NCBI RefSeq assembly: GCF_009914755.1
Contig: NC_060925.1
Strand: one strand, 5' to 3'
DNA length: 64,000 bases
Source of the DNA: the human T2T-CHM13v2.0 reference genome, Homo sapiens
Numbering within the stretch: the first letter of the stretch is position 1; each line of letters begins with the position of its first letter. The notes beneath the pieces are model-generated. The model had not been told where the DNA came from, did no database searches, and saw only the letters and a list, made by a program, of their open reading frames with translations. The translations under genes were made by a program, and so were the position numbers. Below are positions 50,735 to 64,000 of the stretch, in pieces.

Positions 50735-53546
50735 GGGGCAGTTCCAAGATGGTCGAATAGGAACAGCTGCAGTCTACAGCTCCCAGTGTGAGCGATGCAG
50801 AAGACAGGTGATTATTGCATTTTCAACTCAGGTACCGGGTTCAGCTCACCAGGGCTCGTAGGACAGTGGGGGCAGGACAGTGGGTGCAGCACACTGAGCA
50901 TGAGCCAAAGCAGGGCGAGGCACTGCCTCACCCAGGAAGTGCAAGGAGTCAGGGAATTCCCTTTCCTAGCCAAGCAAAGCTATGACAGATGGCACCTGGA
51001 AAATTGGGTCACTCCCACCCTAGTACTGCACTTTTCCAATGGTCTTAGCAAACGGCACACCAGGAGATTATATCCTGTGCCTGGCTCAGAGGGTCCCACG
51101 CCCACAGAGCCTCACTCATTGCTAGCACAGCAGTCTGAGATCGAACTGCAAAGCGGCAGCGAGGCTGGGGGAGGGGCGTCCGCCATTGCTGAGGCTTGAG
51201 TAGGTAAACAAAGCGGCCGGGAAGTTCGAACTGGGTGGAACCCATTGCAGCTCAAGGAGGCCTGCCTGCCTTTGTAGACTCCAGCTCTGGGGGCAGGGCA
51301 TAGCCAAACAAAAGGCAGCAGAAACCTCTGCAAACTTAAATGTCCCTGTCTGACAGCTTTGAAGAGAGTAGTCGTTCTCCCAGCATGGAGTTTGAGATCT
51401 GAGAACGGACAGACTGCCTCCTCAAGTGGGTCCCTGACCCCTGAGTAGCCTAACTGGGAGGCACCCCCGAGTAGGGGCAGACTGACACTTCACACGGCTG
51501 GGTACCCCTCTGAGACGAAACTTCCAGAGGAACGATCAGGCAGCAACATTTCCTGTTCAGCAATATTCACTGTTCTGCAGCTTCCGCTGCTGATACCCAG
51601 GCAAACAGGGTCTGGAGTGGACCTCCAGCAAACTCCAACAGGCCTGCAGCTGAGCATCCTGACTGTTACAAGGAAAACTAACAAACAGAAAGGACATCCA
51701 CACCAAAACCCAATCAATGTGCAAAAATCACAAGCATTCTTACACACCAATAACAGACAACAGGAGCCAAATCATGAGTGAACTCCCATTCACAATTGCT
51801 TCAAAGAGAATAAAATACCTAGGAATCCAAGTTACAAGGGATGAGAAGGACCTCTTCAAGGAGAACTACAAACCACTGCTCAACAAAATAAAAGAGGACA
51901 CAAACAAATGGAAGAACACTCCATGCTCATGGATAGGAAGAATCAATATCGTGAAAGTGGCCATACTGCCCAAGGTAATTTGTAGATTCACCACCGTCCC
52001 CATCAAGCTACAAATGACTTTCTTCACAGAATTGGAAAAAACTACTTTAAAGTTCATATGGAACCACAAAAGAGCCTGCATTGCCAAGTCAATCCTAAGC
52101 CAAAAGAACAAAGCTGGAGGCATCACGCTACCTGACTTCAAACTATACTACAAGGCTACAGTAACCAAAACAGCATGGTACTGGTACCCAAACAGATGTA
52201 TAGACCAATGGAACAGAACAGAACCCTCAGAAATAATACCACACATCTACAATTATCTGATCTTGGCAAACCTGACAAAAACAAGAAATGGGGAAAGGAT
52301 TCCCTATTTAACAAATGGTGCTGGGAAAACTGGCTAGCCATATGTAGAAAGCTGAAACTGGATCCCTTCCTTACACCTTATACAAAAATTAATTCAAGGT
52401 GGATGAAAGACTTAAATGTTAGACCTAAAACCATAAAAACCCTAGAAGAAAACCTAGGCAATACCATTCAAGACATAGACATGGGCAAAGACTTCATGAC
52501 TAAAACACCAAAAGCAATGGCAACAAAGCAAAACTTGACAAATGGGATCTAATTAAACTAAAGAGCTTCTGCACAGCAAAAGAAACTACCATCAGAGTGA
52601 ATAGGCAACCTACAGAATGAGAGAAAATTTTTGCAATCTCTTCATCTGACAAAGGGCTAATATCCAGAATCTACAAAGAACTCAAACAAATTTACAAGAA
52701 AAAAGCAAACAACCCCATCAACAAGTGGGCAAAGGATATGAACAGACACTTCTCAAAAGAAGACATTTATGCAGCCAACAGACACATGAAAAAATGCTCA
52801 TCATCACTGGCCATCAGAGAAATGCAAATCAAAATCACAATGAGATACCATCTCACACCAGTTAGAACGGAGATCATTAAAAAGTCAGGAAACAACAGGT
52901 GCTGGAGAGGATGTGGAGAAATAGGAACACTTTTACACTGTTGGTGGGACTGTAAACTAGTTCAACCATTGTGGAAGACAGTGTGGCGATTCCTTAGGGA
53001 TCTAGAACTAGAAATACCATTTGACCCAGCCATCCCATTACTGGGTATATACCCAAAGGATTATAAATCATGCTACTATAAAGACACATGCACAAGTATG
53101 TTTACTGTGGCACTATTCACAATAGCAAAGACTTGGAACCAACCCAAATGTCCAACAATGATAGACTGGATTAAGAAAATGTGGCACCTATACACCATGG
53201 AATACTATGCAGCCATAAAAAATGATGAGTTCCTGTCCTTTGTAGGGACATGGATGAATCTGGAAAACATCATTCTCAGCAAACTATCGTGAGGACAAAA
53301 AAAAACCAAACACAGCATGTTCTCACTCATAGTTGGGAATTGAACAATGAGAACACATGGACACAGGAAGGGGAACATCACACACCTAGGCCTGTTGTGT
53401 GGTGGGGGGAGTGGGGAGGGATAGCATTAGGAGATATACCTAATGTACATGACAAGTTAATGGGTGCAGCACGCCAACATGGCACATGTGTACATATGTA
53501 ACAAACCTGCACATTGTGCACATGTACCCTAGAACTTAAAGTATAA

Positions 53547-53585
<39 letters not shown>

Positions 53586-53601
53586 ATATATATATATATA
53601 T
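50735..53601 (+). mobile_element. L1PA4/5-like element with an intact 5' UTR joined directly to the ORF2 3' third (large internal deletion)
   Basis: Starts ggggcagttccaagatgg. Junction at ~51712 (caccaaaaccc|aatcaatgtgcaaaaatc). ORF2 peptides IKYLGIQ and [28 protein letters not shown] at 50723-50734 and 53602-53613. Confidence 0.95.
51713..53292 (+). pseudogene. Disrupted L1 ORF2 C-terminal remnant
   Basis: ORFs 51717-52337, 52175-52552 and 52738-53292 translate to L1 ORF2p segments broken by frameshifts and stops. Confidence 0.92.
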
Positions 53602-54525
53602 AAACAGGCAATGAAGATTCAACTTGTGGACTTTTGGAGTCATCAAAGCAGTTAACCAATATAATAATACAGAATGAATATTTAAAGCTTAATTCAAGAG
53701 GCTATTTCCTGAAATAAAGTAGGCTTGACTATATATATTAATTCATGGTAATACCAAGACATATTCTGGTAAATGTATTCTACCTTACAGATAAAGGAAG
53801 AATCTTGATAATCCAGGTAAGTTTAGGTCATGTATAGAGGAAAAAAAGAAATAAGAATAGCCTTAGATTTATTCAAATTAACTTTTAATGTTATAAGACA
53901 GAGAAGTAATATCTACAAAATCCTCAAGATAAGAAAATGATACCTGAGGGTTTTTATATCCAGCCCAAGTGCTCTTCAGTGAACAGTTCTTCGGTTATAA
54001 AGGCTATAGACAAGCAATTTTGAACATGCATGATTTCAGCATAATCAACCAATAGTTAATTAGGGAAGTTGGAGCAAAATAACTAAAAAACTAAAAAGAG
54101 TGTGAAGATTAGGCTGAGGAATAGAAGATAAATAATGTTCAAAAAATATAGGAATGATACAACTAATATAAATTATGAGAGGATCAGGAGGAAGATTGAA
54201 GGTAGAGTGTTTGCTGTTTGCTTAAACTTTTACAACCAAGAGTAAAAGCATGTATTTTAAAGCTGACAAATCAAGTGATTGAACTATATGCCTATTTAAT
54301 AGTACAGAAGTATACACTGAAAAGGTAATATTAATGACAGAAATCGAGAAGTGGAGAAAAGAAAAGGAAAGGAGAAGAAAGAAGTACACCACTTTATCAT
54401 TTTTCATAGGAGGGAACTAATAGATGATATCTAATGAAGTAGAGAACCAAAGAAGTTATATAAAGTCCTAAGTATAAATATAACCACTAAAACAAAAATG
54501 CAATTTTTCTAACTGTCAAAGTAAC

Positions 54526-54527
<2 letters not shown>

Positions 54528-54567
<40 letters not shown>
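54528..54567. repeat. (CA)n microsatellite
   Basis: ~20 CA units. Confidence 0.97.
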
Positions 54568-54569
<2 letters not shown>

Positions 54570-54927
54570 TAAAGAAAAGAGAGCTCATAGTAAAGAACTT
54601 GGCAAAGTAACATCAATACTGAAAAATATGCAGAAGCCAAGATCAAATACATCAGTCATATTAATAAATGTGAACAGGCTAAAATCACCTATTAAAAGAA
54701 AAAGACTGTCAGGAAGAAAGAAATTCTAAGCAGTATAAAAGAGACATATTATACCTAAAGCAAAGCCATTCATATAGATTTAAAATAAATATTTTGGCAA
54801 AGGTCTATCCATCAAATGCAGACACGAATAGAGAGATCATAATTAGACAAATAGGATCTCAAGTCAAAAAGCATTAAATGAGTCAAAGACAGACATGTTA
54901 TATGTAAAGGTTGCCATTTGCAATTAA

Positions 54928-55380
54928 CATATTTATTATCCATTGACGCATATCAAATTACCCTAACATTTAGCAGTTTAACCCAATGAACACTTATTAT
55001 TTCATACAGTTTCTGAAGATCAGGAATCTTGGAGCTGCTTAGCTGGGTGGTTCTGGCTTGGTTCAGGGTTCCTCAGGAGGCTGCAGTAGGCTGCTGGCCA
55101 GGGATATAATCAGCTGGAAGCTTTACTGGGACTAGCAGATGCAGCTCCAAGCTCACTCATTTGGCTGTTGGGGCAGCAGAGAGAAAGGGGGAGGGAGGGA
55201 GAGAGAGAGAGAGAGAGAGAGTGCACCCGAGATGAAAGTCATGGTGTCTTTTATAACCTAATATCAAAAATAATATATACCATAATTTTTGTGATATTTT
55301 CATATTCTATTGGTCATAAAGACCAACCCTGATACATGGACTACACATGTATATGATACCAGGACATCATTGTTCATAAC
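54928..55380 (-). mobile_element. MLT1 (F/G/H-like) LTR with internal (GA)n
   Basis: aaattaccctaacatttagcagttt...cagtttctgaagatcaggaatc...gcttagctgggtggttctggct. Confidence 0.75.
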
Positions 55381-55699
55381 CATTATAGGTATCTATGCAC
55401 AAAACAATATAGCATCAATATTCATAAAACTGAAACTACAGGAGCTACAAGGGGAAATAAACCATAAATACATGATTAAGGGAAGACTTAATTCAGTGAT
55501 CATAGTATATGATTAGGCAAATGGACAAGAAATAGTCAAGGATAGAGAAGACTAAATATCATTTTGAAATCTATATTCCAAAAACAGATAATCTACCATT
55601 TAAAAATTCAGTTGGCCATAAAATGTTTGTGACAATTAATGTAAGACCAACAAGAAAACCTTGATAAATTACAAAAATAAAAATAAAAATAAAAATATT

Positions 55700-55850
55700 A
55701 ATAATGTGGACACTGTAATGTTCCCAACAGAAAGAAAAGATAAACGTTTAAGGTGATGGATATCTCAATTATCCTGATTTGATCATTACACCTCATATAC
55801 TGGTATCAAATCATCAACTAGTATGTATCAATACAAAAGTAAAAGTGATG
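55700..55850 (+). mobile_element. L1MA 3' UTR fragment
   Basis: gataaacgtttaaggtgatggatatctcaattatcctgatttgatcattacac. Confidence 0.75.
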
Positions 55851-55927
55851 GTTTAGACAATATTCTCTAATTCCAATAAGTTTAAATTAGAAATTAATAC
55901 TAAAATCAGAAAACAAAAAAGCCCCTC

Positions 55928-58278
55928 TCTATTAATCAATTTTCACACTGCTATAAAGAACTACCTGAGTTTGGATAATTTATAAAGAAAAGAGGCTTAA
56001 TTGACTCAGAGTTCTCCATGGCTGGGAGGCCTCAGGAAATTTACAATCATGGTGGAAGGTGGAGGGGAAGCAAGGCATGTCTTACATAGCAGCAGGAGAA
56101 AGACAGTGAAGGAATAACTGCCACTTTTAAACTTTTAAACCATCAGATCTTGTGAGAACTCACTCACTATCATGAGAACAGCATAGGGGAAACCATCCCC
56201 ATGATCCAATCAACTCCAACCAGATCCCTCCCCTGACATGTAGGGATTACAATTTGACATGAGATTTGGGTGGGGACAGAGCCAAGACATATCATTCTGC
56301 CCTGGCCCCTCCCAAACCTCATGTTCTTCTCACATTTCAAAAGCAATTGTGCCTTCCCAACAGTCCCCCAAAGTCTTAACTCATTCCAGCATTAACTTGA
56401 AAGTCCAAGTCCAATGTTTTATCCGAGACAACAGAAGTCCTTTCTGCCTATAAGCCTGTAAAATAAAATATAAAAAACAAGTTAGTTACCTCCAAGATAT
56501 AATGAGGGTACAGGCATTAGGTAAATGCTTCCATTCCGAAAGGGAGAAGTTGGCCAAAACAAAGGGGCTATAGGCCCTATGCAAGTCTGAAACCCAGCAG
56601 GGCGGTTATTAAATCTTAAAGCTCCAAAATAATCTCCTCTGACTCCATATCTTACATCCAGGGCGTGCTGATGCAAGGGGTGAACTCCCAAGGCCTTGGG
56701 CAGCTCCACTCCTGTGACTCTGCAGGGTAGAGCTCCTGTGACTGCTTTCATGGGCAGGTGTTAAGTGCCTGTGGCTTTTTCAGGTGTACAGTGCAAGCTA
56801 TCAGTGGATCTACCATTCTGGGGTCTGGAGGATGGTGGCCTTCTTCTCACAGCTGTACTAGGCAGTGCCTCAGTGGGGACTCTGTGTGGAGCCTCCAACT
56901 TCACATTTCCCCTTCACACTGCCCTGCTAGAAGTTCTCCATGAGGACTCCACCTCTGTGGCAGACTTCTTCCTGGACATCCGGGCATTTCCATGCATCCT
57001 CTGAAATCTAGGTGGAGGTTCCCAAACCCCAATTATTCTCTTCTGCACACCCACAGACCCAACACCACATGGAAGCTGCCAAGGCTTGGGGTTTGCACCA
57101 TCTGAGCTGTACCTTGGTCCATTTTAGCCATGGCTGGAGCTGGAGCTGCTGGGACACAGAGTGCCATGTCCCGAGGCTGCGAAGAAGAGCCGGGCCCTGG
57201 GCGCCCATGAAACCATTTTTTCCTCGTAGACCTCCAGGCCTGTGATGGGAGGGGCTTCCACGAAGATCTCTGAAATGCCCTGGAGACACTTTTCCCATAG
57301 TCTTGGCTATTAACATTTGGCTTCTTGTTACTATGCAAATCTCTGTAGCTGGCTTGAATTTCCCCCCAGAAAATGGGTTTTCCTTTTCTACCACATGGCC
57401 AGGCTGGAAATTTTCTAAGCGTTTATGCTCTACTTCCCTTTTAAGCATAAGTTCCAATTTCAGATCATCTGTTCATGAATGCGTATGACTGTACACTTTT
57501 AGAAACAGCCAGGTTACATCTTGATTGTTTTGCTGCTTAGAAATTTCTTCCACCAGATACCCTAAATCATCTCTCTCTAGTTCAAAGTTCCACAAATCTC
57601 TAGGGCAAGGGCAAAATCCTGCCAGTCTCTGCTAAAGCACAGCAAGAGTGACCTTTACTCCAGTTCTCAGTAAGTTGTTCATCTCCGTCTGAGAGCACCT
57701 CAGCCTGGACTTCATTGTCCATTTTACTATTAGTATTTTGGTCACAACCATTCAACAAGTCTCTAGGAAGTTCTAAACTTTCCCACATCTTCCTGTCTTC
57801 TTCTGAGCCCTCCAGACTGTTCCAACTTCTGCCTGTAACCCAGTCCCAAAGTTGCTTCCACACGTTCAGATATCTTTATAGCAGTACCTCACTCTCCCAG
57901 TACCAATTTTCTGTATTAGTCCGTTTTTACACTGCTATAAAGAGCTATCTAAGACTGGGTAATTTATAAAGAAAAGAGGTTTAATTGACTTACAGTTCCA
58001 CATGGTTGGGGAGGCCTCAGGAAACTTACAATCATGGTGGAAGGTAAAGGGGAACCACAGCACCTCTTACATGGTGGCAGGGGAAAGAGAGGGAGGGGTG
58101 GAACTGTCACACACCTTTAAACCATCAGATCTCAAGAGAACTCCCTCACTATCATGAGAACAGCATGGGGAAAATCACCCCCATGATCCAATCACCTCCC
58201 ATCAAGTCCCTCCCCCAATACATGGGGATTATGATTAGACATGAGATTTGGATGGGGACACAGAACCAAATAACATCA
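55928..58278 (-). mobile_element. Full-length MaLR provirus (THE1D/MSTA): LTR 55928-56294, internal 56295-57911, LTR 57912-58278
   Basis: Two ~367-bp LTRs, a ~1.6-kb internal region with a PPT (ttctgccctggcccctccc on +), and 5-bp TSD CCCTC at 55923-55927 and 58279-58283. Confidence 0.93.
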
Positions 58279-60571
58279 CCCTCTATCTGGAAAATGAAAA
58301 CAATCAAACAAAAACTTTGACCCAACAGCCTTGGGTCAAAGAGGAAATATGAATTGAAGAATATTTTAAAATGAATTTTGATGGAAATACTCCATGTCAG
58401 AGCCCATGGACTATGGTTAAAGGGGTGCACCCAGGCCAGTGTTGCTTGTGAATGAGTGGGTAGGGCAGATAGGAGCCACACTTTCTATACCTAAACTTTA
58501 TCAGCAATAAAATAATATTTTGTCCTCCATCTGTTTTATTCTCAGTGGGTTCAGAATTTGGGCAAAGAAGAAGGATGTTATTTGTTGGACTGCCCGTATA
58601 CTACTAAACGATGCAACAAGGCAAAAGAAAAATATTAGAGAGACAAAAGCTAGGAAGGAGGATGTAACATTAGCACTACTTGTAGATGATTTTATACCTG
58701 GAAGCCCTGAAGAACCTACAGGGAAACTATTGCCAACAGTAAGAGAATTTAGTAAGAGGGATACGTAAAGTTAAAAAACAAGAATTAACTACCATCATGT
58801 ATAAATATAACCATTTGGAAGACAGAATGAAAGAAAAGATCTCATTTACAAGAGTAGTGACAATGACAACAACAAAAATAAACTACCTTTCAATAAAGTT
58901 AAAGGTAGTAGCAAGTCCTATACAAAGAAAATGTTGAAACACTTCTAAAGGACACAAAAGAAGACTTGAATAATTGGAAAGACCATGTTTTTGGCTAGGA
59001 AGACTCAACATCATAAAGATGTCAATTCTCCGTGAGTTAATTTCTAAATTTAATGTGAGCTCAATAAAATATCAGCAGTTTTATTTTTTAGCCAGACAAG
59101 CTGATTCTAAAGTTCATGTGAAAAAATAAAGAAACAAAAACATTCAGAAAAACTCTGAAGAGTACTATCAGGGGACTAGCTCTACCAGATATTAAAACAT
59201 AATAGTCTCAGTAACTGAAACAGTGAGGAACTGATGCATGAATAGCAAGACAGGCCGATCAACTATAATAGAAAGTCCAGAAATAGAAGTTACTACACAT
59301 ATGGGAGCTTAGTATATGAAAAAAACTGGCTTCTAAGATCAGTGGGAGAAATGATTAACTGTTCAATAAATGTGGTTGGGGTCATTGGTTGGCCATGTGG
59401 AAAAAAAATAAAGTTAGATTCATACCTAGCACCATACACCAGGATAACTTCCAAATGGATCAAAGATTGAAAAACCAGAATAATGCCACAATATGCTAGA
59501 AGAAAACTTGAGAAAATCCTTTTGTAATCTTGGGATCAGAAAGATCTTTCAAATTATGACCTAAAATAGAGAAGACCTTAGAGAAAAAAAAATAGAAAAG
59601 TTACACTACATTAAGGAAATCTTTATGCCAAAATACAAAGCCAAAGATAACTTAATTGGGAAAGAATATTTGATACTCATTTCATCAGAAGGTTAATCTC
59701 CCTAATTTATAAAGTGGTCATAGAAACCAATGAGATAAAGAATCAAGAACTCAATAGAAAAATTGGCAAAGGATATGATCAAGTGGTTCACAGAAAAAGT
59801 TCTACCTCACTCATAATAGAAATGCAGATTAAAGCAACACCAAGATACCATTTTTCACCTGTCAGAATGATAAAAAAAAATCCAAGAATTTGAAATATAT
59901 ACTCTGTTGATAAGGCTGAGGAAACAATGCTGTTAGGGTATAAACTGGTCTGGTCTCCATGAAGGACAATCTGGCAAAAACCTATTCACATTAGAAATGT
60001 ATGTATTCTCTGATCTAACAAATCTAAGAATTTAAAGGTTGATTTGCAGAATATGCAGAGGGAAGGGGCATATGCAGAGTTCTTTGTAATAGTTAAGATT
60101 GAAAACAACCTAAATACTCATCAATAGGGGAATGATTAAATAAACTATAATACATATATTATTCCCATACAAAAGAAAGCCATAAACCTATACAAAACAT
60201 GAGGAATCTCTCAGTGTACTCACATGGCAGATCTTCAAGGCATACTGTTAGGTAAAATATCTAGTGTAAATGACACATCACAATTTGTGTGAAAAGATGG
60301 AGGGATAATTATATATTTATATTTGCTTGAATATACGTAAAAATCTGTGTTTATCTGTTTAGAAGTGGGATGGGGGAAAGAATGTGGGATGGACACTTTT
60401 ATATCTTATTTTGCCTTATATAAATGTATTACCTATTTAAATAATTAAATACTTTTAAAAATCTCATAAATGAAAACATTTGATACTTGGTACAGGATTA
60501 AATAAATAGAGCAACAGATAAGAATAGAGAGCCTAAAAACAGACCCCTACCCCTATGGAAAATTTTTACAT

Positions 60572-61114
60572 CAGGGGTCCCCAACCCCCGGCCACAGACT
60601 GATAAGGGTCTGTCACCTGTTAGAAACTGGGCTGCAGAGCAGAAGGTGAGTGACAGGTGGTGAGTGAGCCAGCCAGCAGGAGCAAACCTTCCTCTGTGTT
60701 TACTGCCACTCCCCATTGCTCGTGGTACTGCCTGAGCTCTGCTTTCTGCCAGATCAGCAGTGGCATTAGATTCTCACAGGATCACAAACCCTGTTGTGAA
60801 CTGTGCATGTGAGGGATCTAGGTTGCATGCTCCTTACAAGAATCTCATGCCTGATGATCTGTCACTGTCTCCCATCACCCCTAGATGGGACCATCTAGTT
60901 GCAGGAAAACAAGCTCAGGGATCCCACTGATTCTCCATTATGGTGAGTTGTATAATTATTTCATTATATATTACAATGTAGTAATAACAGAAATAAAGTG
61001 CACAATAAACGTAATGCCCTTGCATCATCCCCAAAGCATCCCTGCCCCCATGTCCGTGGAAAAATTGTCTTCCACAAAACCGGTCCTCGGTGCCAAAAAG
61101 ATTGGGGACCACTG
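60572..61114 (+). mobile_element. MER1A (hAT-Charlie)
   Basis: TIRs caggggtccccaacc / attggggaccactg. Perfect 8-bp TSD TTTTACAT at 60564-60571 and 61115-61122. Confidence 0.94.
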
Positions 61115-61964
61115 TTTTACATGACAGAGGTGACATTCCAAACCAGTGGCAAATTGATGGACAATTCAATCAGCTGGGACAAGTGTTATCTATCTACAGA
61201 TAGTTCTCGATCTATGGAAAAAGTAAAATTGTTCTGCTAACTCTCACTTTATGCAAAAATTAATTCTAGAATCAATATGGAAGAATATGGAAAACCAAAA
61301 ACATAACAGTTTCAGATAAAAACCTAGGAGAATATCTTTCTGACCTCAGGGATTTCTTAAACAGTTTACAAAAAAACCAGAAACAAGTATGGGAAAACAT
61401 GGATAGATTTGACTACATTAAAATTCAAATGTTTATATGCATCAAAAGACAAAGACACTACAAACAATGTAAAAAGAGAAGTTACAGACTAGGAGAGGAT
61501 ATATGCAACACATTTCACAAAAAAGTGATGAGTATGCAGAATACATAAAAAGACCTACAAATCAATTAGATATGCAAAGAACCTACAGAAAAATAGCCAA
61601 AATATGCCAAGAGTCAATTCACAGAAGAGAAAACCTGAATGGCCAATACATATTTGAAATGGCGGTTGGTCACACTATTAAGCAGTGAAAATCAAATTAA
61701 AATTACACTGTAATTATATTATGCACATATCATATTTGCAAAAATGTGAAAGTCTGACAATTTCATATGTTGAAGAGACTATGGGGCCATAGGAGCTCTC
61801 ATACACTGCACATGGGAGAGGACATCTGTGAAACTACATTTCAGGGCAAGTTGGTAATATCTGATAAAGATCACACACAAACACATCTCATATATATATG
61901 AAATTCTCACATAAGGAAGCATGCACAGGAATATTTCTTCAATATTGTTTGAAAGAGTGAACAA

Positions 61965-62273
<309 letters not shown>

Positions 62274-62817
62274 TCAAGAGCAGAATTGGTGAATAGGTTG
62301 TGGGATAACTCTATACTGTAAAGTACTATGTGTCAGTGAAAATAAAAAAAAAAAAGACCCAGAGCTACGTGAATCAATGTGGGGAAATCTCACACACACA
62401 CTATTGGATGAAAACAAAACAAAACAGGACAAAACAAAAAAACAAATCGCAGAAGTATATACAGTAGGATAACATTTGTATGAAGTTTAAAGGCAGGCAA
62501 AATGATGCTATGTAATGTTTATGTTCACACAAACTCAAAAACATGCAAAATGATACTATACAATGTGTGAAGGAGTATAAGAGCATAAGATATAAATGGA
62601 AAGGATGCATCCTATCTGGGAGGGTGGTTACTCTAGTGGGAGGGAAAGGAATGAGGTTGAGGGGAGGTCCTCAGAGGTCTTCAACTGTATGTATATTGTT
62701 TTTATTCTTATCAGAATAGTGGGTACCGGGTGCTCATTTTCTTATTCTCTGTACCTTCTGATGTCAGACATATTTTATAATTGCAAAAGATTAAGTGTTC
62801 CTTTACAACAATAATAA

Positions 62818-63161
<344 letters not shown>

Positions 63162-63612
63162 CCCCCTTTTTACAATAACAATAGAAACTATAAAGTAGGA
63201 ATTAAGAGTGTGCAAGAACTTTTTGAAGAAAAATTTTAAACTTTAAGAAAATATAAAATAAGGCCTTAATAAAGGAATAGAAGCAACATATTGATGGACT
63301 GCATAGCTGTTAATTCTCCCCAAATTAACATATAAACTCAGTGTAGTATTATAACATTTCCCTCTCCCCTCATGCTCACCCTACTCTTTGAGAAAGACAG
63401 TTGATGTTTTCTTAGTTTTATAAGCCAGCATGTCTGAAGCACTGAGCAGTGTCTCACACACAGTAAACACCATCACATGAGACTATTATGATGGTTCAGT
63501 CCACCACCTCATAACGTGGACTCTTGCACTTTGATTTTTTGGGGGGACTCCTAAAAGATCAAGGTCCTTTGAATGTTAGCAGAATAAACGGTAAACCACT
63601 GATTGGTCAAGG

Positions 63613-63628
63613 GTGTGTGTGTATGTGT

Positions 63629-63660
<32 letters not shown>

Positions 63661-63667
63661 GAGAGAA
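63613..63667. repeat. (GT)n(GA)n compound microsatellite
   Basis: gtgtgtgtatgtgt...gagagagag. Confidence 0.93.
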
Positions 63668-64000
63668 GTAGCTATGAGAGAGGCTACCATTTTCAATTTA
63701 CAAAGGAGAAAATGGGACCTAGAGAAAGAGTTTTATTCAAGGTGTGCAGCAGTTGTGCTGAGAAGGAGAAGGAGGAAAGGTTGTGGAAGGGACTGGTGAG
63801 GCAGAAAGCTGGGACGGGAAAGAAGAGAGAGAAGGGAAGGCACAGTGAGGTTGCTGAGGAGGTAAGATTCCATTTGTGTCCCTCTGCTGGTTCACTGGTG
63901 ATGGAAATAGTATTTGCTCTCCCCACTCATGGTCAAGGACACCTCCACCTCCTCTTCTGAGGAAATTACTTGTCAGTCTTCATGGAGCTGTTTCATTTCC

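Larger units (their letters stand above)
49640..60465 (+). mobile_element. Second ancient L1M element (5' region, ORF1-like, ORF2 fragments, 3' UTR), fragmented by younger insertions
   Basis: A-rich L1-like sequence at 49640-50734, 53614-54925, 55380-55925 and 58280-60465, collinear with L1 order. Confidence 0.6.

Noticed and set aside
51690-51730. L1 junction as a splicing product
   Set aside because: The junction does not coincide with the nearby GT donor-like or AG acceptor-like positions of the L1 consensus as I recall it.

Overview
Human genomic DNA. The primate repeat content and a consensus-identical AluYa5 at ~62.9-63.2 kb support a human origin. I find no credible protein-coding gene, tRNA, rRNA or CRISPR array, and I cannot name the locus. 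The ORF track is chance ORFs plus Alu, L1, MaLR and microsatellite translations. Bases 1-47.7 kb are moderately GC-rich and dense in MIR/L2. They contain several repeat-free, CpG-retaining, homeobox-motif-rich islands that may be developmental enhancers, a GT-rich minisatellite (39.8-40.6 kb) and a CpG island (41.5-42.3 kb). Bases 47.7-63.4 kb are an AT-rich nested transposon block: ancient L1s carrying an internally deleted L1PA4/5, a full MaLR provirus, MER1A and Alus. The most unusual items visible directly in the sequence are: (1) a 63-bp templated insertion flanked by a 12-bp duplication and copied from 2.4 kb away; (2) a ~0.5-kb inverted duplication bracketing a candidate HOX/PBX enhancer; (3) an unexplained degenerate 21/32-bp tandem array at 5.1-5.9 kb; (4) a minisatellite carrying 11 perfect 5' splice-site consensus motifs in UG repeats; (5) a TSD-intact L1 missing ORF1 and most of ORF2. 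Repeat subfamily calls come from my recollection of consensus sequences, not from a search. All alignments and counts were done by eye.
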